From positions 1-63,142 of the forward strand of contig BTVJ01000045.1 in NCBI GenBank assembly GCA_045863395.1: 63,142 nucleotides of DNA, given 5' to 3'. The DNA comes from Myxococcales bacterium (lineage in GTDB: Bacteria; Myxococcota_A; UBA9042; JABWCM01; BTVJ01). Positions within the stretch are counted from its first letter, which is position 1. Each line of letters starts with the position of its first letter. The notes beneath the pieces were generated by a model. It saw nothing but the letters and a program-made list of their open reading frames with translations, had not been told where the DNA came from and ran no database searches. Made by a program: the position numbers and the translations under genes. Shown in pieces: positions 47,860-57,952 of the stretch.

Positions 47860-48381
47860 TCAGCGCAGGGCCGCGACCAGCCGTCCCAGCACGGCGGCAG
47901 ACCCGCACTCGCCCGCGGCGGCCGCCGCCGCGAGCTGCCCGCGGGTCGCCTCGAGCACCAGGAGCCCGTTCGCGTAGGCGGGCGTGCCCGCATAGATCCC
48001 CGTCAGCAGCAGGGTGTGGGCGACCTCGGCGATGGAGAGGCCCTCCATCAGACCCCAGTAGATGTGCACCGCCAGGGTCATCCGCTCCTTCTGGGCAGCG
48101 AGCAGCGCGATCAGGCAGCGCTCGCGATCCCTCGCGGCCAGCGGACCACCGTGATACTGGGCCGCTCCGATGGCGGCGGTGTAGGGCGCGCCTGGAGGAT
48201 GCATGCGCGCCAGCGTCCCCGTGGCGGCCGCGAAGAGGACCCGCGGGTCGTATGCAGCGCGAAGCGGAGCCAGGTCCGTCAGCTCGCCCGGCCCTGGCCA
48301 GGCGGTGGCTTCGCTGTCGCCGCTCCCCTCGTCACGCCGTGCCGGATCCTCCTGGTGCGCTTCCCTCTCCTCGCCGCTCAT
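47860..48381 (-). CDS. Carboxymuconolactone decarboxylase/AhpD-like protein
   Basis: LAARDRERCLIALLA..LAVHIYWGLMEGLSIAEVAHTLLLTGIYAGTP. GGAGG precedes ATG 48381. Confidence 0.7.
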   Translation of the reverse strand: MSGEEREAHQEDPARRDEGSGDSEATAWPGPGELTDLAPLRAAYDPRVLFAAATGTLARMHPPGAPYTAAIGAAQYHGGPLAARDRERCLIALLAAQKERMTLAVHIYWGLMEGLSIAEVAHTLLLTGIYAGTPAYANGLLVLEATRGQLAAAAAAGECGSAAVLGRLVAALR

Positions 48382-49222
48382 TGCGCCCTCCGTTGCGGGG
48401 CGCGTCGTCGCGCCCCTCTGGGTGGAAGATGGTGTCGAGCAGGAACCGGGTCTGCCCGCCGGTGAAGTCGATGGTCGCGCCGTTGAACCAGTCGCCGATG
48501 GGGCCAACGAGGGCGCTTAGGAGGGTGGCGACCTCCTCCACCGTACATAGCCGCCCCGCGGGAGTAGCGCGCGCGATGCTCGTCGCCACCTGCTCCCATG
48601 CGCCCCCCGGGAACGCCAGGCGGATGGCTGGCGTGTCCACGAGCCCGAACTCGACCAGCATGACGCGGTGGCCTTGCGGCGCAAGCTCCAGGGAGAGGTG
48701 GCGCACGTAGATGGCGAGCGCGGCCTTGGACGCGCTGATCAGCCCGAAGCCGTCCGCCGCGTCGTGGACGATGGGGTTCGTCAGGCCAATGAGGCGGGCG
48801 CCGGGGGCAAGCAGGCCGCGTCCAGCAAGCTCCTGCGCCCACCAGACGAAGGAGTGGGCCATGGCGTCGAACGTCCGATGGATCTGACGCGGGCGCAGCG
48901 TGTCTCGGTGACCGGGGGCAAGGTGCCCGAAGGAGCCGCACGCGAGAGCGTGGACGAGCACGCCGACGCTCCCCGGACCTGCGACCTCCTCGACCTCCGC
49001 GGCCCCCGCGACCACGCCCTCGTGGGTGGCGGCGTCCGCCTGGCGCCAGTGGCAGCGTCCGCCGGCGTCCTCGATGTGCGTGAGGACATCCGCTGCGCCG
49101 TCGGGGTGGTTGCCACGATGCACGCCGAAGACGTCGAGTCCCGGCGAGCTCGCGAGGGCCTTCGCAGCCGCAGCGCCGGTCCCGCTCGTCGCCCCCAGCA
49201 CCACGGCCCACCGCCGGCTCAT
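48332..49222 (-). CDS. SDR oxidoreductase, enoyl-ACP-reductase (FabL-like) type
   Basis: LGATSGTG, LISASKAAL, GLVDTPA, TPAGRL and FNGATIDFTGG. Confidence 0.8.
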   Translation of the reverse strand: MSRRWAVVLGATSGTGAAAAKALASSPGLDVFGVHRGNHPDGAADVLTHIEDAGGRCHWRQADAATHEGVVAGAAEVEEVAGPGSVGVLVHALACGSFGHLAPGHRDTLRPRQIHRTFDAMAHSFVWWAQELAGRGLLAPGARLIGLTNPIVHDAADGFGLISASKAALAIYVRHLSLELAPQGHRVMLVEFGLVDTPAIRLAFPGGAWEQVATSIARATPAGRLCTVEEVATLLSALVGPIGDWFNGATIDFTGGQTRFLLDTIFHPEGRDDAPRNGGRNERRGEGSAPGGSGTA

Positions 49223-49944
49223 GAGTTCCTCCCGCGGGCCCGGTCGACCAGCGCCTGTACGCAGCCAGCGACTCGCTCGTGCAACGCCTCCACTGCCGTG
49301 TCATCCGAGAAGTCCAGCCCCACGGCATCCATGATGGGTTCTCCGATGATCTGCCGCATGCGCACCGGGAAAGGCGGTGACAGTGGCCACAGGCCAAGGG
49401 GGCCCACTCCGAGCCACAGGGGTACTCCCGGTGGGAGGCCCACGCGGCGCCCGAACTGGTGGCCATCCACGAGCCCCAGGTAGGCGTCGTCCACGCCGCT
49501 CGCCCCCACGGGGATGATCGGGAGGCCATGCCGAGCGGCCAGGCGCAGGTATCCGCGGCGCCTGCCCCAGTCCACTCGGTAGCGGTGGCGCGCGGATCGC
49601 ATGCCCTCCCGGGTCCCGCCCGGCAGCGTGATCACGTGCTCGCCGCGCGCGATCACGGTGCGGAGGCCCTCTCCGTCCCCCGTGACGAAGCCCAGGGCGT
49701 CGAAGAAGGCCCGCGCTCTCGGACTGCGGTCAAAGCCGCTATGGACGATGCCGTGGGGAAGGTAGCCGAGCCGGTCATGGACCGCGACCGACAGCATGCA
49801 CATGTCGAAGGCGACCGGGCGGCCATGGTAACCAACGAGGAGCGCCGAGCGCCCGATGCGGAGGTTGTCGAGACCGGACACGTCGTAGCGGTTCCAAATA
49901 CTGAAGAACCGCCAAAAACCGAGCCAGATGGCCTTTGGGTCCAT
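49219..49944 (-). CDS. Lysophospholipid/diacylglycerol acyltransferase family protein
   Basis: LLVGYHGRPVAFD, LPGGTREG, RRGYLRLAARHGLPIIPVG and IIGEPI. Confidence 0.85.
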   Translation of the reverse strand: MDPKAIWLGFWRFFSIWNRYDVSGLDNLRIGRSALLVGYHGRPVAFDMCMLSVAVHDRLGYLPHGIVHSGFDRSPRARAFFDALGFVTGDGEGLRTVIARGEHVITLPGGTREGMRSARHRYRVDWGRRRGYLRLAARHGLPIIPVGASGVDDAYLGLVDGHQFGRRVGLPPGVPLWLGVGPLGLWPLSPPFPVRMRQIIGEPIMDAVGLDFSDDTAVEALHERVAGCVQALVDRARGRNS

Positions 49945-50912
49945 CACGCGGCCTCTTGGTAGAGGAGGGCACCGTGAGCCATACCCGCGCCCACACCGAC
50001 CAGGAGGACGCGCTCCCCGGGGCCGATGCCCTGGCGTCTGAGCGCGTCGAGCCCCACCGCGATCGACGCCGCGCCAACGCTGCCGATGTCGCCCACGACG
50101 GGCACCACCCGGTCGGGTGCCACCCCGAGCGCCTCCACGACGTGCCCCAGCATGGCCCCGTTGGGCTGGTGGGGAACGACTCTGTCCACGTCCTCGATGC
50201 GCAGCCCGGCCTGAGCGAGGACCCTCTGCGTGCTCCGGACCAGGGCGTCGATGGCCGCGGCGCCGATGTCCTGGTTGGAGGCGGCAAACCGGATGGTCTC
50301 GCCCGCACCCGTCAGGCCCGGGTGTGCCAGCGCCACCGAGCCGCGCAGGCGCCCGTCGTTGCCAAAGGACGACGCGAGCACGCCGGAGCCGCGTTCTCCG
50401 CTCCCGATGATCGCGGCTCCCGCGGCGTCCGCCAGCACGAGCCAGGGGCGCGGGTCGGCCGGAGTCAGGAAGCGGCTGAGGACCTCGACGGCCACTACCG
50501 CCACGGGCCCGAGGCCCGTCGCCACACACCGGACCGCGACGTCCAGCGCGCTCAGAAACCCCATGCACGCGTTGTTCAGGTCGAAGCCGTCGCAGGTCTC
50601 CGCGAGTCCGAGCGCCTCCAGGATCGCGTTGGCGTTGGCCGGGATGAGCGCGTCTCCGCCCGTCGACGTGGCCACGATCACGCGCCGCAGCGCGCCAGCT
50701 CCCAGGCCGGCGTCGGTGAGCGCCCCCGCCAGCGCCTGGGCGCCCAGCGTGGCCACGCTCTCCGTGGTCGCGTGGTGGCGGGTTCGGATCCCCGTGCGCG
50801 CCTCGACCTCCGCGACGGTCCGCCTGAGGGACCCCCGCGCGAGCAGCGTCGCGGTGTCCATGGGGGGGCCGGGGAGCGCCGTAGCGGTCCCGAGGATCCG
50901 AGCCGGGAGCAT
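49944..50912 (-). CDS. 3-oxoacyl-ACP synthase III (FabH-like) protein
   Basis: RTGIRTR, FDLNNACMGF (Cys), VPHQPN (His), GSVGAAS (Asn position is Ser) and GVGAGM. GGAGG RBS. Confidence 0.85.
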   Translation of the reverse strand: MLPARILGTATALPGPPMDTATLLARGSLRRTVAEVEARTGIRTRHHATTESVATLGAQALAGALTDAGLGAGALRRVIVATSTGGDALIPANANAILEALGLAETCDGFDLNNACMGFLSALDVAVRCVATGLGPVAVVAVEVLSRFLTPADPRPWLVLADAAGAAIIGSGERGSGVLASSFGNDGRLRGSVALAHPGLTGAGETIRFAASNQDIGAAAIDALVRSTQRVLAQAGLRIEDVDRVVPHQPNGAMLGHVVEALGVAPDRVVPVVGDIGSVGAASIAVGLDALRRQGIGPGERVLLVGVGAGMAHGALLYQEAA

Positions 50913-51026
50913 GGCGTCCCTCCTTGGGTCAGGTAGCACGCATGGTAGCGCGCATCGGGCCGGGCGGCCAAGGGGCAACGTGGGTGGCCATTGCGCCCGA
51001 GCGCCAAAGCCCTTAGCCTCGCCCCC

Positions 51027-53300
51027 ATGACAGGTGCAACCTCCGTAGTGACCCGCAAGGAGCTGCTCGACGACGGCCTCGGATGGCTCCTCGAGGCGGC
51101 GTTCTTCCCCTCGCTTCGTCGCGACGAGCAGGACCGGGTGCTCGCGGAGCTCCGGTGGCGCGATGTCCCCGCGGGGGAGCTCCTCATCGCCCGGGGTGTC
51201 CAGGGGCGCGGCGTCGACCTCATCGTCAGCGGTCACGTGGTGGTGCTGGCGCCCGACGAGCACGGGACGCTGGTCGTGACGGCGCGCCAGGGGCCCGGTC
51301 ACCTGCTCGGAGAGCGATCCTTGCTGCGCGGCACCCACACCTCCGCCGAGGTGCGAGCGACGAGCCCACTTCGGACGCTGCACCTCCCCGCGGCTGCGTT
51401 CCGCACGCTCATCCTCGAATCAGAGCGCCTGCTCTGCTACGTGACCGACCTGGTCGATCTTCGGGAGAGAACCCACGAGCTCCTGGAGACAATGCTTCGA
51501 AACCCCTTCCTGCGCTCTCTGGGGCGCGACGATCTCGACCGGCTCGTGGAGTCTGCTCAGCTCGTGCGCCACCCTGGGGGCACGGCCCTGGTCGGGGCTG
51601 GCGAGCGGACCAGGGACGTCTACGTGGTCATCCGCGGTCGCGTGGGCGTGTATGCGCCGGCGCGCGGCAAGCGCAAGCGCCGGGAGCGCCTGGCCGTGGA
51701 GGGGCCCGGCGGGCTGGTGGGCCACGCGGCCGTGCTGTTGGAGCGCCCGCGCAGCGCGGACGTGGAGACCCTGGAGGACTCGGAGCTGCTCCGCCTGTCG
51801 GACGCCACGTTCATGGACATCGTGCTGCGCAACCCGCTCGTGCAGCGCCGCATGATGCAGACCCTTGCCACCCTCGACCTCTCCGGGGCCGAGGATCGCC
51901 GCCCGGGGGGCCTCGTCGTCCTGGTCTGCGGCGCCGAGCAGCGCCTCGGCTCCACGACGCTGGCCTACGGCGTGGCCGCCACCCTCCAGCAGGTTGCGCC
52001 GGTGGTGCTGGTGGATCTGGATGGCGCCGCGTCCGCAGCACGCCTGGGGGTCCGGGCGTGTCCCATCCTGGTGGGCGACGTCTCCGCCTTCGAGGGGGAG
52101 ACCTCCTGGCCCCTTCGCCTCCTGTGGCCGGCCTCGCCGGGTGACGCTGCCCGCCTGATCCGGGCGCTCGCTCTGCCCGGGCCAGCCGGCCGCATCGTCG
52201 TGATCTCGGGGACCCTGGGCACGGAGGCAGGGGACCTGGCCCTCGACGAGGCCGAGACCGTGGTCTGGGTGCGCAACGCCCGTGACGACGAGCGGGACCT
52301 TCCCGTGCGGCGCGGCCAGCTCCGGGTGCAGGCGGTGCGGGTGCAGCAGACCGTCGCCCTGCCCCTTGGCGCGTCGCGGAAGGCAGGCCGCGTCCCCGAT
52401 GATCTCGGGAGCGTACACCGCTTCTGGCGCACTGGAGACCTGGACGTGGTGGGCACCGACCGGACCCCGCTGGGAGCCGCCTGCGGCCGGCTCGTCCGGT
52501 TGTTGAGGGGGCGCAGCGTGGGCTTGGCCCTCGGAGGCGGTGGCGCCCTCGGCTTCGCCCACATAGGGCTGATCCGGTCCCTGGTGGCGGCGGGCATCCC
52601 CGTCGATGCGGTCGCGGGCTCATCGTTCGGCGCGCTGGTCGGCGCGGTCTATGCGGCGCGCGGGCTCGACGGACTCGATGAGCTGGTCGACCGCCGCGCG
52701 GAGCTGCTCCGCAACGTGCTCTCCGCCTTCATGCACACGGGCCCCATCGAGCGCTTCGTCGACCGGCTCACTGGCGGGGCGGAGCTCGGCACCACGCCCA
52801 TCCCGTGCTACCCCGTCGCGCTGGACATCACCAAGGGCCGCGAAGTGGCCGTCACCTCTGGGAGCCTGGGCTTCGGGGTGCGCGCGTCGGGCAGCCTGCC
52901 TGGCGTGTTCCCGTCGCTGCGCCACGGCTACGCCCGCCTCGTGGACGGTGGCATCGTCAACAACGTCCCGGCGTCCATCGTCTGGGAGGCGGGGGCCGAC
53001 TTCATCCTTGCGTCCAACATCATCCCATCGAACCCGCTGGGGATCATTCAGCAGGGCCCGTGGCGCCGCGCCCTGGGGCGCATGGACGACCTGGTGCGCT
53101 CCATGTACTTCATGATGTCCCAGAACGGGCGCGACCGCGCCGTCCTTGCTGACTACGTCTTCGACCTGGCCCTCGAGGGCTACAACGTCTACGACTTTCA
53201 CCGTGGCGCCGAGATCGCTGCCGCCGGCAGGGAGCAGGCCACGCTCCAGCTACCGCAAATCCAGGGCGCCTACGCCAGCGATCTGTCCGTCCAGTTCTGA
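51027..53300 (+). CDS. Tandem cNMP-binding domains + patatin-like phospholipase (NTE-like)
   Basis: LLGERSLL..TSAEVRA and LVGHAAVL..PRSADVET cNMP folds; GGGGALGFAHIG, GSSFG and LVDGG patatin motifs. Confidence 0.9.
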   Translation: MTGATSVVTRKELLDDGLGWLLEAAFFPSLRRDEQDRVLAELRWRDVPAGELLIARGVQGRGVDLIVSGHVVVLAPDEHGTLVVTARQGPGHLLGERSLLRGTHTSAEVRATSPLRTLHLPAAAFRTLILESERLLCYVTDLVDLRERTHELLETMLRNPFLRSLGRDDLDRLVESAQLVRHPGGTALVGAGERTRDVYVVIRGRVGVYAPARGKRKRRERLAVEGPGGLVGHAAVLLERPRSADVETLEDSELLRLSDATFMDIVLRNPLVQRRMMQTLATLDLSGAEDRRPGGLVVLVCGAEQRLGSTTLAYGVAATLQQVAPVVLVDLDGAASAARLGVRACPILVGDVSAFEGETSWPLRLLWPASPGDAARLIRALALPGPAGRIVVISGTLGTEAGDLALDEAETVVWVRNARDDERDLPVRRGQLRVQAVRVQQTVALPLGASRKAGRVPDDLGSVHRFWRTGDLDVVGTDRTPLGAACGRLVRLLRGRSVGLALGGGGALGFAHIGLIRSLVAAGIPVDAVAGSSFGALVGAVYAARGLDGLDELVDRRAELLRNVLSAFMHTGPIERFVDRLTGGAELGTTPIPCYPVALDITKGREVAVTSGSLGFGVRASGSLPGVFPSLRHGYARLVDGGIVNNVPASIVWEAGADFILASNIIPSNPLGIIQQGPWRRALGRMDDLVRSMYFMMSQNGRDRAVLADYVFDLALEGYNVYDFHRGAEIAAAGREQATLQLPQIQGAYASDLSVQF

Positions 53301-53367
53301 ACCGTGTCCTGCCTCGTGGCCGTCCCGCTGGGCCTGGGCTATCATCCGCGGCGCGCGGAGGAAGCGA

Positions 53368-54858
53368 ATGCCCGGCGTGGATCTCCTGTTCGTCGACGGC
53401 GACGTGCTCACCCTGGCGGGGCAGGCGCGACCGGCTCGCGTGCTCGCGGTCGACGGTGGCCGCATCGCCTACGTCGGGGACCGGGTCCCGGACAGCCTGC
53501 GCGCCAACGCGCGCCAGGTCGTAGAGCTGCGAGGGCGGGCGCTCGTGCCTGGGTTCCACGACGCCCACGTACAGCTAGGGCTGTCGGCCGCCTTCGCCCG
53601 AGGGCTCGACGTCAGCGCGGCCGACCTGGACGCGGTTGGAGACATCGTCCGCACCTGGCGGCGCTACGAGCCGGACGCTGCCCCGATCCTCTGCCACGGC
53701 CTGAGCGAGGCCCCCCATGGCGCCCTGCCTCACCGCATGGAGCTGGATCGGATCGAGGCGGAGGTGCCCCTGATGATCCTGCGCTGGGACGTTCGGGCGG
53801 CCTGTGTCAACACACCGATGCTCCTCGAGCTGGATCTGGCGCTGGACACGCCGGGCTACGATGGGGGCGCTGCCATCGACGAGAAGACTGGCACCCTCAC
53901 GCGAACCGCACTGTGGACCGCCCTCGCCGGCGTGTCTGGCATGATGCCGCCGAGCGAGCTTGTTCGCGGTCTCCTGCAGGTGTCCAACGCCGCTCTGGAG
54001 CGTGGTGTCACGACGCTCCAGTGCATGGAGGGCCTCGGCTTCCTTCGGGGGCGCGAGGTCGCCACCATCCGGAGCGCTCGGTCGGCCGTTCGCGCTCGCC
54101 TGCTCCCCTATCACCGCTCCACGCAGGAGCGCCACCGATCCCTCGGAGGGCACCTGGTGGCGGTGTTGGACGGACCGCCCGGCTCCCTCGACGCGCTCGG
54201 GGGCGGAGGCGGCCACGTGGACCAGGATGCCCTCGACAGGCTGGTGCTCGCCGCCCACAAGCGAGGCTACCAGGCCGTGATCGGCGCGACCGGAGAGCGG
54301 GCCATCGAGGCCGCGCTGAGGGCCTTCGAGCGGGCGCTGCGCGTCGCCCCCCAGGTCGATCACCGGCACCGCATCGACGGTGCCGCCTGCGCCACGGACG
54401 AGCAGATCCGCCGCATGGCCGACCTGGGCCTGACCGTCACGCTGCTCCTCCGCGGACCGCATTCGCCTGTGGGTGCGCTCCCGGCGCGCCGGCTCCTGGA
54501 CCGCGGTGTGCTGGTGGCTGCGGGCTCGGGCGCGCCCGTGGGAAGGGTGGACCCGATGCGTGCCTTCGTGTCCTTGATGGAGGCGGGGCTCTCCCGATGG
54601 GAGGCGCTGAGCTGCCTCACGGCCGATGCGGCACGTGCGGGGCTGGCCGAGGGCGACACGGGGACCCTGACGCCGGGCAAGCGTGCGGACCTCGTGCTCC
54701 TGTCCGGGTCGCCCCTCGCCGCCGACCTGGCCACCCTCCGCGTCAGTGAGACCTACGTGGACGGCCAGCGGGTGCTCCCGCAGCCCCTGAGCGTCGTGCG
54801 GTACCTCTGGGGGAGCGTCGGGGGGCGCATCCTGTCCGCTCTTGGCCTCGGTCCGTAA
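53368..54858 (+). CDS. Amidohydrolase_3 (YtcJ-like) family protein with degenerate metal-binding motifs
   Basis: AVDGGRIAYVG, ELRGRALVPGFHDAHVQ, GTLTPGKRADLVLL and TYVDG. GGAGG RBS. Confidence 0.85.
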   Translation: MPGVDLLFVDGDVLTLAGQARPARVLAVDGGRIAYVGDRVPDSLRANARQVVELRGRALVPGFHDAHVQLGLSAAFARGLDVSAADLDAVGDIVRTWRRYEPDAAPILCHGLSEAPHGALPHRMELDRIEAEVPLMILRWDVRAACVNTPMLLELDLALDTPGYDGGAAIDEKTGTLTRTALWTALAGVSGMMPPSELVRGLLQVSNAALERGVTTLQCMEGLGFLRGREVATIRSARSAVRARLLPYHRSTQERHRSLGGHLVAVLDGPPGSLDALGGGGGHVDQDALDRLVLAAHKRGYQAVIGATGERAIEAALRAFERALRVAPQVDHRHRIDGAACATDEQIRRMADLGLTVTLLLRGPHSPVGALPARRLLDRGVLVAAGSGAPVGRVDPMRAFVSLMEAGLSRWEALSCLTADAARAGLAEGDTGTLTPGKRADLVLLSGSPLAADLATLRVSETYVDGQRVLPQPLSVVRYLWGSVGGRILSALGLGP

Positions 54859-54965
54859 CCGGTTGGTTCGGCCGGTGCCCGCCCAACCTGCCGTTCCGTG
54901 GACGGTTCCCCGGGCCAGGCGGTCGGGAGGGCGTTGGACCGCGCCGCGCTTGGCGATCCTGACGG

Positions 54966-54995
54966 TTGACACCCCCGCGCGGGCCGTGGTACTCC
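54966..54995 (+). promoter_or_regulatory. Possible sigma70-type promoter upstream of the M23 peptidase gene
   Basis: Perfect TTGACA at 54966-71, and TGG-TACTCC 18 nt later (weak -10 with an extended TG). Confidence 0.35.
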
Positions 54996-55060
54996 CGCCG
55001 GAGCTTCAACTCGCCTGCCGTAGCGCCGACGCCGGGCAACGCTGAACGTGACGAGGTCCG

Positions 55061-56434
55061 ATGAACTTGAGGGAGAACCCGATCTACCTGCGAGGAGGCC
55101 GACGGCGGACCGCCGGGAGCATCTCGCTGACCCAGATCGGGACCTTTCTGCTCATCGCGCTGGTCATGCTTGTCAACTACTACGTGTTCTTGCGCGAGGA
55201 GCCCAGCCCCGCGCCCCCGTCCATCGAGAAGAAGATCAACAAGAAGGCGGACCCGCCGGCCCCCGAGCGCCGACCCCAGCGCGATGGCGCAGAGCCCGCG
55301 CCAGTCCCAGGCGTCCCGGAGGGGGGGGCCGTGTTGGCGGGCCAGCTCGAGCGCGGAGAGACCCTGCTCGCCGCGCTCAAGGCGAAGGGCGCGCCGCCCA
55401 AGGCGCTTCAGCCGTTCATCGCCGAGATGCAGAAGGTCTTCGATTTTCGCACCGCCCGCGTGGGCGACCGCTTCCGACTGGTCGTCGCGCAGAGCGGAGC
55501 CATCGCGCGCCTCGAATACGAGACCGGCCCGCTCGATCGCTACGTCGTGCGGCGGGAGGAAGGTGAGCTCGTTGCCATCAAGCGCGCCGTACAGACGCGC
55601 ACGGAGCTCGTCGAGGTCGGTTGCACCATCAAGTCGTCGATCTACGAGAGCTTCCAGCGCTGCGGCGAGCGGGCCGCCCTGGCCTCGCGCTTCGTGGACA
55701 TCCTCGCCTGGGACGTGGACTTCTTCCAGGACGTCCGCAAGGGCGACGAGTTCAAGATCGTCGTTGAGAAGCAGCTCGTCGATGGCGACCAGTTTGCAGG
55801 CTACGGCAACATCCTCGCCCTGGAGTACACGGGCAAGTTTGGCCAGCAGCGCCTGTTCTGGTTCAGCGACCCGGATGGCGAGGTCAGCGGGTACTTCAAG
55901 GAGGACGGCAAGTCCGCCCGCAAGGAGTTCATCAAGACCCCGCTCAAGTTCACGCGCATCTCCTCGGGCTACAGTCACAATCGCTTCCATCCGGTGCTGC
56001 ACGAGCTCAAGAAGCACCTGGCTGTCGACTATGCCGCGCCCATCGGGACTCCCGTGTGGTCCGTCGCGGCCGGCACGGTCACCTATGCGGCGCCAAAGGG
56101 ACCGAGCGGGAACCTGGTCGCCGTACAGCACGCGAACGGCTACACCTCCTACTACGCGCACCTCCAGAAGTTCGCCAAGGGCATCAAGGTAGGCGCTCGC
56201 ATCGATCAGAAGACCACCATCGGCTACGTCGGCAACACCGGCCGCTCCACGGGACCGCATCTGCATTATGCCCTGAAGCACAAGGGCCGCTTCGTCAATC
56301 CCCAGACGGTCAAGCTCACCACGGCCAACCCCGTCCCCGTCGAGCACCTGGAGGCGTTCAAGGAGCTGGTCGAGGAGCGCTTGAAGCAGCTCGAGGCGAT
56401 CAAGGTCATCGGGGTCGATGAGACGAAGGCCTGA
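55061..56434 (+). CDS. M23-family peptidoglycan DD-endopeptidase (MepM-like)
   Basis: N-terminal TM; RISSGY..RFHPV..HLAVDYAAPIGTPV, YAHL and GRSTGPHLHY. Confidence 0.93.
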   Translation: MNLRENPIYLRGGRRRTAGSISLTQIGTFLLIALVMLVNYYVFLREEPSPAPPSIEKKINKKADPPAPERRPQRDGAEPAPVPGVPEGGAVLAGQLERGETLLAALKAKGAPPKALQPFIAEMQKVFDFRTARVGDRFRLVVAQSGAIARLEYETGPLDRYVVRREEGELVAIKRAVQTRTELVEVGCTIKSSIYESFQRCGERAALASRFVDILAWDVDFFQDVRKGDEFKIVVEKQLVDGDQFAGYGNILALEYTGKFGQQRLFWFSDPDGEVSGYFKEDGKSARKEFIKTPLKFTRISSGYSHNRFHPVLHELKKHLAVDYAAPIGTPVWSVAAGTVTYAAPKGPSGNLVAVQHANGYTSYYAHLQKFAKGIKVGARIDQKTTIGYVGNTGRSTGPHLHYALKHKGRFVNPQTVKLTTANPVPVEHLEAFKELVEERLKQLEAIKVIGVDETKA

Positions 56435-56440
56435 GCACTG

Positions 56441-57952
56441 GTGAGCGCCACCCGCGAGTCCTTCCTGGTTGGCGATACCGCGCGGCGTCTGTTCCTGATC
56501 CTGTGTGGCCTCGCTCTCTTCGTCGCCGGCTCCCTCTATCTGCACGTGGACAGCACGCACATCGACCGGGCGTGGCTGGTCACCGGCGGACCGGGCGGCC
56601 TCGTCGCGGGGGAGACGACAGCCTTTCGCGTTACCGGGAGGCTCCTCGACGAGCGTGCAGATGTCCGAGTGGACGTGCTCCAGGCGCGCGCTGCGCGGGG
56701 TGGGGCTCAGGCGCGCGTCGATGGGGTCGTGGCGATCCCTGGTCGACCCGCCACCGTGGTCCTCCCAACTGCCGCGCTGGAGGGCGTCGAGGAGCTCGCC
56801 CTCGACGTGGATGGGGGGGCGGGGTCGCGCACGCTGATCATTGGACTGGACGGGTCCCGCGGAGGGGCGGCGGACTTGCCGCCCATTGCGGATGGGATCA
56901 TCGAGGGAGCATCGACGCCCCATCGCGTGGAGGTGATCCCCGTAGGCGGCGTGCTGGTCGCAGGCGTGCCCGTGGAGGTGCTGGTTCGGGCGACTGCAGG
57001 GGCCGGAGACCCGCTCATTGGCGCGATCATCACGGCGACGGTGCGAGGGCGCGAGCCCATGACCTGTACGACCGACACAGCGGGGCTCTGCTCGCTCGGA
57101 GAGCTCAAGGCGTCGAGCCGCCAGGTCCTCCACCTTGCGCTGGTCGCGCCCTCTGGCGAGCGATCCGAGCACACGTCGACCCTGGATCCGGCCACCGTGA
57201 AGACCGCACTGTCACCGGCGCTGGCGATCCTCCCCACTGGCGCGGACGTGCCGGCCCGCTTCGTGGTGCGCTCCTACTACGATGATGAGCTGGTGTATTG
57301 CGACCTCTGGGGCGGCGGAGTCGTCGCGTGGTCCGAGACCCACGCGCTTCAGGGGGGGCGAGCCACCCTCGAGGTTCCGATCCCGGCGACGGGTGTGTGG
57401 CGCCTCCAGTGCGCGTATCACCCCGCCATGCCCGGCGGAGCCTGGGCGACCGCCGTCGTCATGCGCTCGGAGCGGGGCACGTCACCCTTGAGGGCGCACG
57501 CACAGGACAGCGATCTGAGCCCTTGGCTGGCAGCCGTTCCGCCGGACGGCGCCCTCGGGGCTGGCGAGCTTGCCCGGCTCATCGACCTCCTTGGGAGCCG
57601 CATGCGCTTCGAGCCCCAGTCCGCGGTCGTGCTGCTCGACACCAGCGCCCATGACGAGGCAGCGCTCGCAGTCAGGGTGGCCGACACCAAGCGGACGTTG
57701 CTCTTCGTCATCGGCGGGATCTTCGCCGTCATGGTCTTGTGGATGCTGCTGAGCGTTGCGCTCGGCTACCAGCTCGTCCGCCGTGGCTTCCGAACGTTTC
57801 GGCGGGAGCAAGGTGAAGACCCCGACACCGATGCGGAGGATGGCCGTCCGACCATGAGCCGCAGCCAGGCTGCGGTCCAGGTGGCTGCGCTGATCATCAT
57901 CGTCGTGCTCAACGTGCTGGCCATCCTCATGTTGCTGCGGATGATCGGTTGA
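56441..57952 (+). CDS. Hypothetical membrane protein (N-terminal TM, extracytoplasmic beta-rich region, two C-terminal TMs)
   Basis: GTG start 6 nt after the M23 stop; three clear hydrophobic segments. Confidence 0.7.
   Translation: MSATRESFLVGDTARRLFLILCGLALFVAGSLYLHVDSTHIDRAWLVTGGPGGLVAGETTAFRVTGRLLDERADVRVDVLQARAARGGAQARVDGVVAIPGRPATVVLPTAALEGVEELALDVDGGAGSRTLIIGLDGSRGGAADLPPIADGIIEGASTPHRVEVIPVGGVLVAGVPVEVLVRATAGAGDPLIGAIITATVRGREPMTCTTDTAGLCSLGELKASSRQVLHLALVAPSGERSEHTSTLDPATVKTALSPALAILPTGADVPARFVVRSYYDDELVYCDLWGGGVVAWSETHALQGGRATLEVPIPATGVWRLQCAYHPAMPGGAWATAVVMRSERGTSPLRAHAQDSDLSPWLAAVPPDGALGAGELARLIDLLGSRMRFEPQSAVVLLDTSAHDEAALAVRVADTKRTLLFVIGGIFAVMVLWMLLSVALGYQLVRRGFRTFRREQGEDPDTDAEDGRPTMSRSQAAVQVAALIIIVVLNVLAILMLLRMIG

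Noticed and set aside
51027..53300. CBASS/Pycsar-type cyclic-nucleotide defence effector
   Set aside because: No cyclase or CD-NTase is nearby; the cNMP-patatin architecture matches NTE-like lipases and the neighbours are lipid enzymes.
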